This document shows, piece by piece, positions 39,575 through 49,651 of a stretch of DNA of 64,000 bases. A program made the translations under genes and the position numbers. Each line of letters begins with the position of its first letter. Within the stretch, counting starts at the first letter, position 1. Source of the stretch: Pseudolabrys sp. (GTDB lineage Bacteria; Pseudomonadota; Alphaproteobacteria; Rhizobiales; Xanthobacteraceae); contig DASYSQ010000121.1 of assembly GCA_036003145.1 (NCBI GenBank), positions 16,052 through 80,051 of the forward strand, given 5' to 3'. Under the pieces are notes generated by a model. The model ran no database searches. It was given only the letters and a program-made list of their open reading frames with translations, and had not been told where the DNA came from.

Positions 39575-40608
39575 CCGAACACGTTTTTTTACGCGCCGCG
39601 CAGCCGGACGAAGCGATTTCCCATCGATTCTGCATCGCCCCGATGATGGAATGGACCGATCGGCACTGTCGGTTTTTCCACCGGCTGCTGACGCGCCGGG
39701 CGTTGATTTACACTGAAATGCTCACCACCGGTGCAGTGCTGCGTGGAGATCGCAAACGGCTGCTTGGGTTCGACGCGTTTGAGCATCCAGTCGCCCTGCA
39801 GTTGGGTGGATGTGACCCACAGACGCTCGCGCAGGCCGCATGTATCGGCGAGGATTTCGGTTACGACGAGATCAACCTCAACGTGGGTTGTCCGTCCGAC
39901 CGCGTTCAAGAGGGGCGCTTCGGTGCTTGCCTGATGGCTGAGCCATCGCTGGTTGGTGATTGTGTGGTTGCCTTGAGGTCTGCCGTCAAAGTTCCAGTGA
40001 CAGTTAAGTGCCGTATCGGAATCGATGACCAGAATCCGGATGAAGCACTGTTTACTTTTGCCGACACGGTAAAGGCGGCCGGAGTTGATGCGCTGATTGT
40101 CCACGCTCGGAAGGCCTGGCTAAAAGGGCTATCACCGCGAGAAAATCGCGAGGTGCCGCCGCTTGACTACGCGCTCGTTCACCGGCTCAAGGCGACGCAC
40201 CCGGATCTCGAGATCGTCCTGAATGGCGGAATCGCGACTCTTAATCAGGCACGAACTCAGCTTGACGCGTTGGACGGTGTCATGATGGGGAGGGCGGCCT
40301 ATCAAGAGCCATGGCGATTGCTCGAGGTTGATCCCGCTATCTTTGATACTCCGGCTCCATTTGCGTCACCGAAGGAGGCCGGGTTGGCGCTGATTCCCTA
40401 TATCGATCGTGAGTTGGCGAAAGACGTGCGTCTTCACGCCATCACGCGCCATGTATTGGGCCTGTTCCACGCTGTTCCTGGCGCGCGTGCCTTTCGACGA
40501 CATCTGGCGACCGAGGCGGTCAAGCCCGATGCTACAGCAGCCGTCATGGCTGATGCGCTCGCGCTGTTGCTGGACAGAAATGCCAATTTAGAGCACATCG
40601 CCGCCTGA
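39568..40608 (+). CDS. dusA: tRNA-dihydrouridine(20/20a) synthase
   Basis: APMMEWTDRHCR, INLNVGCPSDRVQ, HARKAWL.GLSP.ENR and GVM.GR. The start may be slightly downstream. Confidence 0.96.
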   Translation: MVTEHVFLRAAQPDEAISHRFCIAPMMEWTDRHCRFFHRLLTRRALIYTEMLTTGAVLRGDRKRLLGFDAFEHPVALQLGGCDPQTLAQAACIGEDFGYDEINLNVGCPSDRVQEGRFGACLMAEPSLVGDCVVALRSAVKVPVTVKCRIGIDDQNPDEALFTFADTVKAAGVDALIVHARKAWLKGLSPRENREVPPLDYALVHRLKATHPDLEIVLNGGIATLNQARTQLDALDGVMMGRAAYQEPWRLLEVDPAIFDTPAPFASPKEAGLALIPYIDRELAKDVRLHAITRHVLGLFHAVPGARAFRRHLATEAVKPDATAAVMADALALLLDRNANLEHIAA

Positions 40609-40641
40609 CTTTACGCCCGCCGCGCCTTTTCTCGAGGAAAC

Positions 40642-41472
40642 ATGCTGTTGGGATATCCGCTCGGCGAACTCGCCTTGCTTGCGCTGTTGATAGCTGGCGC
40701 TGGCATTCTGGTGGGCGTTCTCGCCGGACTATTCGGGATTGGCGGCGGCGCCATCATCGTGCCGGTTCTGTACGAAGTGTTTCGCATACTGGATGTGCCC
40801 GAAGAGGTTCGCATCCAAATCTGCATTGGAACTTCGCTGGCGATTATTGTGCCTACGACAGTGCGCTCCTACCTTGGGCACAAGAATAAAGGCGCAGTCA
40901 TTCCCGAGGTGGTTCGCGTCTGGGCGCTGCCCGCAATCATCGGCGTTGCAGTCGGCTCGACTACGGCATCTTTTGCGCCAGCGCCGGTGTTCAAAATTGC
41001 CTTCCTTTTTTTCGTGACCTTCATTGCCGTGCGCATGCTTTTCGGCGGAGAGCGTTGGAAGCTTGGGGACCAATTGCCCGGCCGTCGCGTGCTTGCCATC
41101 TATGGGTTTGTCACTGGCCTATTTTCATCTCTGGTCGGCGTGAGCGGTGGCGCGATATCGAACGCAGTCCTCACGCTCTATGGACGACCAATGCACCAGG
41201 CGGTTGGTACATCCGCAGGAGTTGGGGTGCCTATCACGATTGCCGGTGCGATCGGCTACATGCTTGCCGGTTGGCCGTACATGGCACAGCTGCCCCCTCT
41301 TTCGATCGGGTTTGTTTCGCTGATCGGCTTCGTGCTAATGGCGCCCGTATCGAGCTACACCACGATTTACGGCGTACGGCTCGCGCATTGGCTGCCGAGG
41401 CGTAAACTGGAAATTGCCTTCGGCATTTTCCTGCTCCTGGTCGCGCTGCGTTTTGCCCTGAGCATGATTTGA
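40642..41472 (+). CDS. TauE/SafE sulfite exporter family membrane protein
   Basis: GLFGIGGG and G.SGG repeats, GTSL and 8 TMs. Confidence 0.9.
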   Translation: MLLGYPLGELALLALLIAGAGILVGVLAGLFGIGGGAIIVPVLYEVFRILDVPEEVRIQICIGTSLAIIVPTTVRSYLGHKNKGAVIPEVVRVWALPAIIGVAVGSTTASFAPAPVFKIAFLFFVTFIAVRMLFGGERWKLGDQLPGRRVLAIYGFVTGLFSSLVGVSGGAISNAVLTLYGRPMHQAVGTSAGVGVPITIAGAIGYMLAGWPYMAQLPPLSIGFVSLIGFVLMAPVSSYTTIYGVRLAHWLPRRKLEIAFGIFLLLVALRFALSMI

Positions 41473-41482
41473 GCGCCGAAGT

Positions 41483-42184
41483 TCAAGGCGTTCCGCGCAT
41501 GCGCAACCTATCCCCGCGCACCTCCCAACTTTGTAACCGGTTGAGGAAGGTCATGCCGAGCAAATTGTTCTTCAACTGGCCCGGCTGCGCTACCAGTGCA
41601 GGCACCGATCGTTCTGTTAGTCCGCCGACGGCGAGTCGGTCGAGCGTTACCGCAGCGGCGCGTGTGCGTCCGTTAGCTGTATCGATGTTGACGGTGTAGT
41701 TGAGAACCTCAATCGGCAATCCGGCTGCTTTGGCCGCTTCCTGCGTGAGCACCACCGAACTTGCGCCGGTATCAAGGACCATCGGGATCCTTGTGCCATT
41801 AACATGCGCTGCGACCGCGAAATCGCCGCCATGCCCGCGAACGACTTCAACATTGCGGCCATGACCGGCCACATGGCCGGGTACAAGTTCTGCGATCACG
41901 CGATCTGCAACCTCGCGCAATTCGAAACGGTAGCTGTAGCCAACCACTAGCAGCAAGCCGATTACGGCCCAGAAAAGGGTTGCCTCGATGGCCTTGGACA
42001 GGCGTTCGCGAAACAATGTCAGGACAAGACCACCAAGGAAGACAACCAGGACAATTTTGAGCGCGAGCCCACCTACGTCATGCCGCAGCAAATTGGTGAT
42101 GGCGTCCTGGTCGCTGCTCGCGATCAGGGCTGCTAGCGACAGAGCCACACCGAGCAAGAGGGACCAGATAAGGCGGCGGCTCAC
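41483..42184 (-). CDS. Clan AA (retropepsin-like) aspartic protease, TIGR02281 family
   Basis: N-terminal TMs, DTGAS, TANG and LLGM.FL. Probable GTG start at 42184. Confidence 0.9.
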   Translation of the reverse strand: MSRRLIWSLLLGVALSLAALIASSDQDAITNLLRHDVGGLALKIVLVVFLGGLVLTLFRERLSKAIEATLFWAVIGLLLVVGYSYRFELREVADRVIAELVPGHVAGHGRNVEVVRGHGGDFAVAAHVNGTRIPMVLDTGASSVVLTQEAAKAAGLPIEVLNYTVNIDTANGRTRAAAVTLDRLAVGGLTERSVPALVAQPGQLKNNLLGMTFLNRLQSWEVRGDRLRMRGTP

Positions 42185-42188
42185 AGCA

Positions 42189-42383
42189 TCATCTCGTCGC
42201 TGCAGAGGCTTCGCCGACATTGCGGGCTGCCAGGCGGGAGGACAATTCCCCCATCACTCGGCTGCGTTCGGACGCACTCATCGTGGCCCAACGTGCGATC
42301 TCATCGATCGTACGGCCGCAGCCGAGACACAGGCCATTGCGGGCATCAAGGGTACAAATTTTGACGCAAGGTGTCTCAATCAT
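42189..42383 (-). CDS. DUF1289 small Cys-rich protein
   Basis: PCVKIC...C.GCGRT..EI..W. Confidence 0.88.
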   Translation of the reverse strand: MIETPCVKICTLDARNGLCLGCGRTIDEIARWATMSASERSRVMGELSSRLAARNVGEASAATR

Positions 42384-42464
42384 GGAACTGTCTCGGCCGC
42401 ATTGGCTGGGACCATAACCGCGGCGGGCGGGAACGCAATTGCGTGATTGTCGCAAGACTAACGC

Positions 42465-44051
42465 CTAAGTACCCGCTCTAAACAGTGGCCGGCGGCTAAA
42501 CCGTTCCTTCTCATTCGGCGGCAGATTCCGCTCGTTGGTCGAGGCGATCGGCGGCGCTGTTTCGGGCATCGGTGCCATCGCCGCCACAACCCGCTCCGGC
42601 GGAAATGTGACGATAACCTCGGTACCAATCCGCAATTTGGACTTCAAGGTAAACGTACCGCCATGAAGGTCGACCAAGCTTTTCGCAATCGGCAGGCCAA
42701 GGCCGGCGCCCTGTTCCGCCGATTTGATCGAATTAGATCCCTGACCGAAGGAAGCGAGCACGATTGGAATTTCCTCTTCCGGAATGCCGGGTCCCGTATC
42801 TTTCACACTGATGTACTGGCCGCCAGAGGCGGTCCACCCGACCTTCAGCCAGATATCGCCCGTCTGTGGGGTGAATTTTATCGCGTTCGAGAGCAGGTTG
42901 AGGCAAATCTGGCGGATCGCGCGTTCGTCAGCCCAAAGCCGGGGGAGTTCGGGCTCAAATACTTCATGAAGCGTAATGCGGCGGCTGCTGGCGCGCAACT
43001 TCAGAAGGTGATGACAATCCTCGACGATCGCCACGAGTGAAACGGATTCCTCGTTGAGCTCGTAGCGGCCCGCTTCGATACGTGACAGGTCGAGAATTTC
43101 GTTGATCAGACCAAGCAGGTGCACCCCGGAGTTATGAATATCTGAGGAATATTCCCTGTAGGCGGGGACTGCATGCGCACCGAATACTTCAGTCTTCATC
43201 ACCTCGGAAAAACCAAGGATCGCATTCAGAGGTGTTCGCAGTTCATGACTCATCTGGGCAAGAAATCGCGACTTGGCGATATTCGCCGCCTCCGCGCGCC
43301 GGCGGGCTTCGTCGGAGATCGCCTTCGCCTGCTCAAGTTCACCAATCAACGCATCTTTTTCCGCGCGCGCTTCCATTGTCGCCAGAGTGCTGGAATAGAG
43401 GCGATAAGTGAGGGCGGCGAAATATCCTTGGGCGGTTAATGCCATCATCGCGAGGATGTAGTCGCGCAATGTTCCCTGCAGGATAAAGTCCAGCGCGACC
43501 GCCGTCGTAACCGGAAAAGTTGCGGTGAAAACTGCCGTCGGCAAGCTCGAGGCCAGCATGCTGGACACCGCCACGACCAACAGCATGACGAAAAGCATGA
43601 AGGTGCTCGAGCTCTCGTCGGCGCCGACCGGGTGGATCAGGATGAACATCCAGGCCAGTCCATAGAATAGATCCAGCACCACAAATCGCAGACGCCACGC
43701 AGGCGCCGAAATCTCGCTCATCGGTCGTTCGAGAAATTGCCGACACTTCCTGACCATGATGGCGTGGATGACGAGCACGGCAGCAGTCCAGGCACCGGCT
43801 CTGAGCGCGCCGCTCCATATGCTCGACATGAAGCCGACAGTCGCGACGAGAAGCAGGATAACCAGCGAAGCGGAAAGTCGATTTTGCGCGTATTGCCGGA
43901 GCAGTTCGTAGTCGAAGGCCGGGCGAGTGCCGCTCGAGGATGTCAGGCGATCACGTGCTTCGCGCACATATTGCGCAGCCAGGCGCCGCTTCACGGGGGA
44001 GGTTTCCGGAGGCAGCGCGGCAAGATCAGGATGTTCGCCTGGAATTGGCAT
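42465..44051 (-). CDS. Membrane-bound PleC/DivJ-family (PdhS-like) histidine kinase
   Basis: 5-6 TMs, FLAQMSHELRTPLNAILGFSE, Y.EY..DI..SG.HLL.LIN.ILDLS and NAIKFT. Start uncertain. Confidence 0.88.
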   Translation of the reverse strand: MPIPGEHPDLAALPPETSPVKRRLAAQYVREARDRLTSSSGTRPAFDYELLRQYAQNRLSASLVILLLVATVGFMSSIWSGALRAGAWTAAVLVIHAIMVRKCRQFLERPMSEISAPAWRLRFVVLDLFYGLAWMFILIHPVGADESSSTFMLFVMLLVVAVSSMLASSLPTAVFTATFPVTTAVALDFILQGTLRDYILAMMALTAQGYFAALTYRLYSSTLATMEARAEKDALIGELEQAKAISDEARRRAEAANIAKSRFLAQMSHELRTPLNAILGFSEVMKTEVFGAHAVPAYREYSSDIHNSGVHLLGLINEILDLSRIEAGRYELNEESVSLVAIVEDCHHLLKLRASSRRITLHEVFEPELPRLWADERAIRQICLNLLSNAIKFTPQTGDIWLKVGWTASGGQYISVKDTGPGIPEEEIPIVLASFGQGSNSIKSAEQGAGLGLPIAKSLVDLHGGTFTLKSKLRIGTEVIVTFPPERVVAAMAPMPETAPPIASTNERNLPPNEKERFSRRPLFRAGT

Positions 44052-44136
44052 TAATAGGCACTGGTACTTACAAAGACCGCCGGCAGCGTTACGCAAAATC
44101 CTTAAGACCAAGCTTAAGAGCGACCTAAAGACCCTG

Positions 44137-44152
44137 GTTAACGATTGCTTAC
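44137..44152 (-). promoter_or_regulatory. Near-consensus CtrA site (GTAA-N7-TTAAC on minus strand) upstream of the PdhS-like kinase
   Basis: Plus strand gttaa-cgattgc-ttac, with further ttaa half-sites at 44102 and 44114. Confidence 0.5.
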
Positions 44153-44214
44153 CGCCTTTGACAGCGGTTTTCGGCCATGTTCGGCTGGGAAATCGCTACC
44201 GGATTGGAAGTGCC

Positions 44215-44826
44215 ATGAAGCTCTATGACAGCAAGTTGGCCCCGAACCCGCGCCGCGTGCGTATTTTCCTCGCTGAGAAGGGTATCGCGGTGCCAACCGA
44301 ACAGGTCGACATCGCGCGGCAGGAGCATAAGACGCCGGAATATGCGGCGATCAATCCGTTGCAGCGCATGCCATCGCTCGTGCTCGATGACGGCACGATC
44401 ATCACGGAGTCGATTGCGATCTGTCGATATTTCGAAATGCTGCGTCCTGAACCGCCGCTATTCGGCGTCGGCTCCAAAGATGCAGCGATCGTGGAGATGT
44501 GGAATCGACGGGCAGAGATCAATTTTCTGGCCAATGTGGCCGCAGTATTCCGTCACACTCATCCGGCGATGAAGGAGCTGGAGGTGCCGCAGGTGCCCGC
44601 CTGGGCCGAGGCCAGCCGGCCGCGCGTCTCCTGGTTTCTGGAAATGCTTGATCGTGAACTTGCGACACGCGAATTTGTTGCCGGCGACCACTATACGGTC
44701 GCCGACATTACCATGCAGGTTGCGGTCGATTTCATGAAGCCGGCACGACTCCCCATGCCAGACGGTGCGACTAATGTGAAACGTTGGCACACCGCGGTGT
44801 CAGCGCGGCCCAGCTCAGGCGCATGA
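44215..44826 (+). CDS. Glutathione S-transferase (GTT2-like)
   Basis: APNPRRVRIFLAEK, INP...P.L..DG..I.ES.AI and TVADI. Confidence 0.92.
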   Translation: MKLYDSKLAPNPRRVRIFLAEKGIAVPTEQVDIARQEHKTPEYAAINPLQRMPSLVLDDGTIITESIAICRYFEMLRPEPPLFGVGSKDAAIVEMWNRRAEINFLANVAAVFRHTHPAMKELEVPQVPAWAEASRPRVSWFLEMLDRELATREFVAGDHYTVADITMQVAVDFMKPARLPMPDGATNVKRWHTAVSARPSSGA

Positions 44827-44853
44827 CAGCGACTTCCATGCGGGCGCCAATAA

Positions 44854-45723
44854 TCAACGGTCCAGCAATGCAATCAGGCTGGACGTATCCCAGCGCTTGC
44901 CACCCATCGCTTGAATTTCCGAATAGAACTGGTCGACGAGGGCGGTGACCGGAAGGTGCGCGCCATTCTTGCGCGCCTCACCCAGACAAATCCCCAAGTC
45001 CTTGCGCATCCAGTCAACCGCAAATCCAAAGTCGAATTTGTTCGCCGCCATCGTTTTGTAACGATTCTCCATTTGCCAGGATTGCGCTGCGCCTTTGGAG
45101 ATGGTGGCAATCAGTTTCTCGATATCCAGTCCGGACTTTTTTGCGAAGTGCAGACCTTCTGCCAAACCCTGTACCAGTCCAGCGATGCAGATCTGGTTGA
45201 CCATCTTCGAGAGTTGCCCGGACCCGGGCGACCCCAGAAGATTGCAGGCACGCGCGTAAGCTGCGATGATTTTTTCGGCCCGAGCGAATGGTTCGGCATC
45301 GCCACCGCACATCACCGTTAACGCGCCATTTTCGGCGCCGGCCTGACCGCCGGACACCGGCGCATCGACGAAATCGAACCCGCCTTTTTTTGCGGCTGCG
45401 TAAAGTTCGCGCGCAATTTCCGCTGAGGCGGTGGTGTGATCGACGAAGACCTTTCCCTTGTCCATCCCGGCAAAAGCGCCGTTCGGACCCAACGTTACCT
45501 CGCGTAGATCGCTATCCTTGCCGACACACGCCATAACGACGTCCTGACCCTCGGCTGCAGATTTGGGAGTGGGCGCCGATTTGCCGCCGTGCTGCTTGAC
45601 CCATTGGTCGGCCTTGGCGGCAGTCCGGTTGTAGACGGTTACATCGTGCCCGCCTTTGTTCTTCAAATGCCCCGCCATGGGGTAGCCCATAACTCCCAGG
45701 CCCAGAAACGCTACCTTCGCCAT
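44854..45723 (-). CDS. NAD(P)-dependent beta-hydroxyacid dehydrogenase (3-hydroxyisobutyrate DH family)
   Basis: GLGVMG.PMA, DAPVSGG, KMVNQ and KDL. Confidence 0.93.
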   Translation of the reverse strand: MAKVAFLGLGVMGYPMAGHLKNKGGHDVTVYNRTAAKADQWVKQHGGKSAPTPKSAAEGQDVVMACVGKDSDLREVTLGPNGAFAGMDKGKVFVDHTTASAEIARELYAAAKKGGFDFVDAPVSGGQAGAENGALTVMCGGDAEPFARAEKIIAAYARACNLLGSPGSGQLSKMVNQICIAGLVQGLAEGLHFAKKSGLDIEKLIATISKGAAQSWQMENRYKTMAANKFDFGFAVDWMRKDLGICLGEARKNGAHLPVTALVDQFYSEIQAMGGKRWDTSSLIALLDR

Positions 45724-45892
45724 CGTAAATCTCCCTCACCAATTTCGAGTATCCCTTGGCCGGCCACAGCCGATGCCTATCTGCCAATAGGTCATTGCCG
45801 GGGCAGGCGCGTCAACCTGTCTCGGTCGTTGCTCTCCACATTGACCAGTCTGCTACCTTGCCTATGGTGGCGCCAACAAATGGACGGTGATC

Positions 45893-47023
45893 ATGGCCGT
45901 GAACAAAGAGCAGGTGCTTGCAGCCTTGGCCAAGGTGCCATCGCCAGGCGGCACGGCCTTGCCTGATGCGCGTGTCCTCTCAGACGTCGTCGTTTCCGAG
46001 GGCAAGGTCTTCTTCTCGCTGACGGTTGATGCGACCGCCGTGAAGATGTGGGAGCCTGTACGCAAGGCGGCGGAAGATGCAGTGCGTGCCATTCCCGGTG
46101 TGCAATCGGCGTTGGTTGCATTGACTGCCGAGAGGTCCGCAGGTCCCGCCGCCCGCGCGCCGCAATCGGCCGCGCAGGCTGCGCCGCGTGCCGCGCACCC
46201 CGCCGACAAGGTTCAACCGGGCATTCCCGGTGTCGACGCGGTCATCGCAGTCGCCTCAGGGAAGGGCGGGGTCGGCAAATCGACCACGGCCGTCAATCTG
46301 GCGCTGGGCCTGCGCGATCTGGGTTTAAAGGTCGGCATGCTCGACGCCGATATCTACGGCCCGTCGCTTCCAAAGCTGCTGGCGATCAAGGAAAAACCAC
46401 AGACCATTGGCGGCACGCGTCTTAAACCAATCGACCGCTATGGCCTCACTGTGATGTCAATCGGGTTCCTGATCGATGAAGATACGCCGATGATCTGGCG
46501 TGGGCCAATGGTGATGTCGGCCATCACCCAAATGCTGCGCGAGGTCGAGTGGGGCAAACTCGACGTCATGGTCGTCGACATGCCGCCTGGCACCGGGGAC
46601 GCACAGCTCACGATGGCGCAGCAGGTCCCGCTGAAGGGTGCGGTGATTGTTTCTACGCCGCAGGATCTCGCGTTGATTGATGCGCGACGCGGGGTCGCCA
46701 TGTTCAAGCGCGTGAATGTGCCGGTGCTCGGCGTGGTCGAGAACATGAGCTTTTTCCTGTGTCCGAGCTGCGGTGCGCGGTCCGACATTTTCGGCCATGG
46801 CGGAGCGCGGCATGAGGCGGAACGTCTTGGCGTACCGTTCCTCGGCGAGGTGCCCCTGCACATGACCATCCGGGAAAAATCGGATGCCGGACTGCCGGTG
46901 GTCGCAACAGAGCCGGACGGCGAGCACGCTCGCATTTATCGCGACATCGCGACCAAAGTCCTCGCCCAGTTTAAGGGCGCGGCTGCCGGCCGGGCGCCCC
47001 CCAAGATCGTTATTGAGGCTTAA
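45893..47023 (+). CDS. apbC: Iron-sulfur cluster carrier ApbC/Mrp
   Basis: SGKGGVGKST, DADIYGPS, WRGPM, DMPPGTGD and ENMS..CPSC. Confidence 0.95.
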   Translation: MAVNKEQVLAALAKVPSPGGTALPDARVLSDVVVSEGKVFFSLTVDATAVKMWEPVRKAAEDAVRAIPGVQSALVALTAERSAGPAARAPQSAAQAAPRAAHPADKVQPGIPGVDAVIAVASGKGGVGKSTTAVNLALGLRDLGLKVGMLDADIYGPSLPKLLAIKEKPQTIGGTRLKPIDRYGLTVMSIGFLIDEDTPMIWRGPMVMSAITQMLREVEWGKLDVMVVDMPPGTGDAQLTMAQQVPLKGAVIVSTPQDLALIDARRGVAMFKRVNVPVLGVVENMSFFLCPSCGARSDIFGHGGARHEAERLGVPFLGEVPLHMTIREKSDAGLPVVATEPDGEHARIYRDIATKVLAQFKGAAAGRAPPKIVIEA

Positions 47024-47178
47024 ATATTGGGATTTCGTCTCTGGCGAAATGACTAGGCGATTTACGTGATTTCTGCCTTGTGTGCTTTGCGGCTCCGCAG
47101 CATTGTACCTGTTCTGTCCGACGTGTTCGCTGATGAGGGGTGAAAGAGGAAACGTCCGGATGCCAGATGGAGGAACAA

Positions 47179-48267
47179 ATGAAACGACGCCAATTTTTGA
47201 CTGCGATGGGTGCCGGCGCCGCCGCCACCGCGATTGCCGCGCCGGCGATCGCGCAATCGTCCCCGACCTTGAAATGGCGATTGACGGCAAGCTGGCCGAA
47301 ATCCCTTGATACGTTGTACGGCACTTGCGAGATGCTTTCGAAATATGTGTCGGAAGCAACCGATGGCAAATTCCAGATTCAGTCATTCGCTGCGGGTGAA
47401 ATCGTGCCCGGCCTGCAGGTCCTTGATGCGGTCCAAAACGGCACGGTCGAATTGGGTCACAGTGCTCAGTACTACTACATTGGCAAGGATCCGACCTGGG
47501 CCTTGTTCTGCGCCGTTCCGTTCGGGCTCAATTCCCGTCAACAGAACGCATGGTTTTATCATGGTGACGGCCAGAAACTGATCGACGAGTTTGGTGCTAA
47601 ATTCAACACCAAGTGTCTGCTCGCCGGTAACACCGGCTGCCAGATGGGCGGCTGGTTCAACAGGGAAATCAAGGAGCCCGGGGACTTCAAAGGACTCAAG
47701 ATGCGCATTGGCGGCTGGGCCGGCAAGACGCTCGCCAAGCTTGGTCTTGTCGCGCAGCAGATCGCCGGAGGCGATATTTATCCGGCGCTGGAGAAGGGTA
47801 CAATCGACGCCGCCGAATGGGTCGGGCCCTACGATGATGAGAAGCTCGGCTTCCAAAAAATCGTCAAGTACTACTATTACCCCGGCTGGTGGGAAGGCGG
47901 CACTGCCAACCACCTGCTGATCAATCTTGCGAAGTGGAACGAACTTCCGAAATCATACCAATCTATCCTGGAAGCGGCGGCCGCGGCATGCAATGTGAAA
48001 CAGCAAGCCGACTACGATGCGAAGAACCCGCAAGCCTTGAAGCGGCTCGTTGCCAGCGGCACTCAGCTGCGTCCGTTCTCGCAAGCGACAATGGAGGCCT
48101 GTCTTAAGGCATCGAATGAAGTGAATGTCGAAACCTCGGCGACCAATGCTGACTACAAGAAGGTGCTGGACTCGATGGCGGCATTCCGGCGCGACGAGTA
48201 TCTCTGGTGGCAGGTCGCTGAATACGGGTTCGACACCTTTATGATCCGCAGTGGCGCAAAAGGCTGA
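47179..48267 (+). CDS. dctP: TRAP substrate-binding protein, TakP (monocarboxylate/2-oxoacid) subfamily, copy 1
   Basis: KRRQFL Tat signal, GNTGCQMGGWF, GLKMR, EWVGPYDD and YPGWWE. Confidence 0.92.
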   Translation: MKRRQFLTAMGAGAAATAIAAPAIAQSSPTLKWRLTASWPKSLDTLYGTCEMLSKYVSEATDGKFQIQSFAAGEIVPGLQVLDAVQNGTVELGHSAQYYYIGKDPTWALFCAVPFGLNSRQQNAWFYHGDGQKLIDEFGAKFNTKCLLAGNTGCQMGGWFNREIKEPGDFKGLKMRIGGWAGKTLAKLGLVAQQIAGGDIYPALEKGTIDAAEWVGPYDDEKLGFQKIVKYYYYPGWWEGGTANHLLINLAKWNELPKSYQSILEAAAAACNVKQQADYDAKNPQALKRLVASGTQLRPFSQATMEACLKASNEVNVETSATNADYKKVLDSMAAFRRDEYLWWQVAEYGFDTFMIRSGAKG

Positions 48268-48292
48268 TAGAAAGCCCAAAGCAGAAACGTTG

Positions 48293-48327
48293 AGGGGCCA
48301 GCCCAAAAGCTGGCCCCTTGCATTTTT
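48293..48327 (+). terminator. Intrinsic terminator after the first SBP
   Basis: aggggccagc-ccaaaa-gctggcccct followed by tgcattttt. Confidence 0.75.
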
Positions 48328-48488
48328 GGCCAAGAAAATGGGGTGTTCTTTTCCATTTACAACTTTTGTTTAACCCGTGCAGACTGGATTTAGCGAGGGT
48401 GCTCCGTCATGGTCTAAACCAGCCCCGATGGCAATTCGTAGCCGGGGAGTGGCGGGAGCTTCCGTCACAAAAAAGAGGGGGAAATGGA

Positions 48489-49577
48489 ATGAAACGTCGT
48501 CAATTTATCAAGACTGCCGGTCTTGGCATCGCCGCAAGCGCGGTTGCCGCGCCAGCGATCGCGCAATCGATGCCTGAGATCAAATGGCGAATGACCTGCA
48601 GCTGGCCAAAATCGCTCGATACGCTGTATGGCGCCGCTGAAGTTATGGCGAAAAACGTTGCAGAGGCAACCGACAATAAATTTCAGATCCAGGTTTTTGC
48701 CGGCGGCGAAATCGTGCCCGCACTTCAAGCCTTGGATGCGGCATCGAGTGGAACCGTCGAAATCGGCCACTCGGCGTCTTACTATTATTTCGGCAAAGAT
48801 CCGACATTCGCGTTCGGCACTTCGGTCGCGTTTGGCCCCAATCAGCGCCAGAACCAGGCATGGATGATCCATGGTGGCGGGATGGATCTTCTGAACAACT
48901 TCTACAAGAAGTTCAACGTCACCGCGTTGATGGCTGCCAACACTGGTTGTCAGATGGGTGGATGGTTCCGCAAGGAGATCAACACAGTTGATGACCTCAA
49001 GGGTCTGAAATTCCGCATCGGCGGCTTCCCAGGCAGGGTGCTGGCGAAACTTGGCGTGGTCCCGCAACAAATCGCCGGCGGCGATATTTTCCCGGCACTG
49101 GAAAAGGGCACCATTGACGCCGCCGAATGGGTCGGTCCGTACGATGATGAAAAGCTCGGTTTCCAGAAGATCGCGCCGCACTACTATTACCCGGGTTGGT
49201 GGGAGGGCGGATCGATGATCTTTGCCTTCGTCAATCTTGATAAATGGAATTCGCTGCCGAAAGCCTATCAAGCAGCTCTGACGGCCGCCGGGCACTACGC
49301 CAACACCTGGTCGATGGCGAAATACGACGCTGCGAATCCGCAGGCACTAAAGCGGCTTGTTGCTGGCGGCGCCCAGCTCAGGCCTTTCTCGCCGGCGATC
49401 ATGGACGCCTGCTACAAGGCAGCGGCGGAACTGCACAATGAAGTTGCCGCAACCAACGCGGACTTCAAGAAGGTGCTCGATGCGATGCTGGCCTTCCGCA
49501 ATGATCAATATCTGTGGTGGCAAGTCGCGGAATACAGCTACGACAGTTACATGATACGCGCGCGGGCGCGCGGCTAA
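48489..49577 (+). CDS. dctP: TRAP substrate-binding protein, TakP subfamily, copy 2
   Basis: Same motif set as copy 1 (KRRQFI, NTGCQMGGWF, EWVGPYDD, YPGWWE). Confidence 0.92.
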   Translation: MKRRQFIKTAGLGIAASAVAAPAIAQSMPEIKWRMTCSWPKSLDTLYGAAEVMAKNVAEATDNKFQIQVFAGGEIVPALQALDAASSGTVEIGHSASYYYFGKDPTFAFGTSVAFGPNQRQNQAWMIHGGGMDLLNNFYKKFNVTALMAANTGCQMGGWFRKEINTVDDLKGLKFRIGGFPGRVLAKLGVVPQQIAGGDIFPALEKGTIDAAEWVGPYDDEKLGFQKIAPHYYYPGWWEGGSMIFAFVNLDKWNSLPKAYQAALTAAGHYANTWSMAKYDAANPQALKRLVAGGAQLRPFSPAIMDACYKAAAELHNEVAATNADFKKVLDAMLAFRNDQYLWWQVAEYSYDSYMIRARARG

Positions 49578-49594
49578 GCATCAGACGAAGCGAT

Positions 49595-49630
49595 GAGGCC
49601 CCGGAACCTGGTTCCGGGGCCTCGGCTTTT
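49595..49630. terminator. Terminator between convergent dctP and dctM
   Basis: Perfect 13-bp stem gaggccccggaac-ctg-gttccggggcctc followed by ggctttt. Confidence 0.8.
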
Positions 49631-49651
49631 CCGTAATGGGACGCGGCAATC

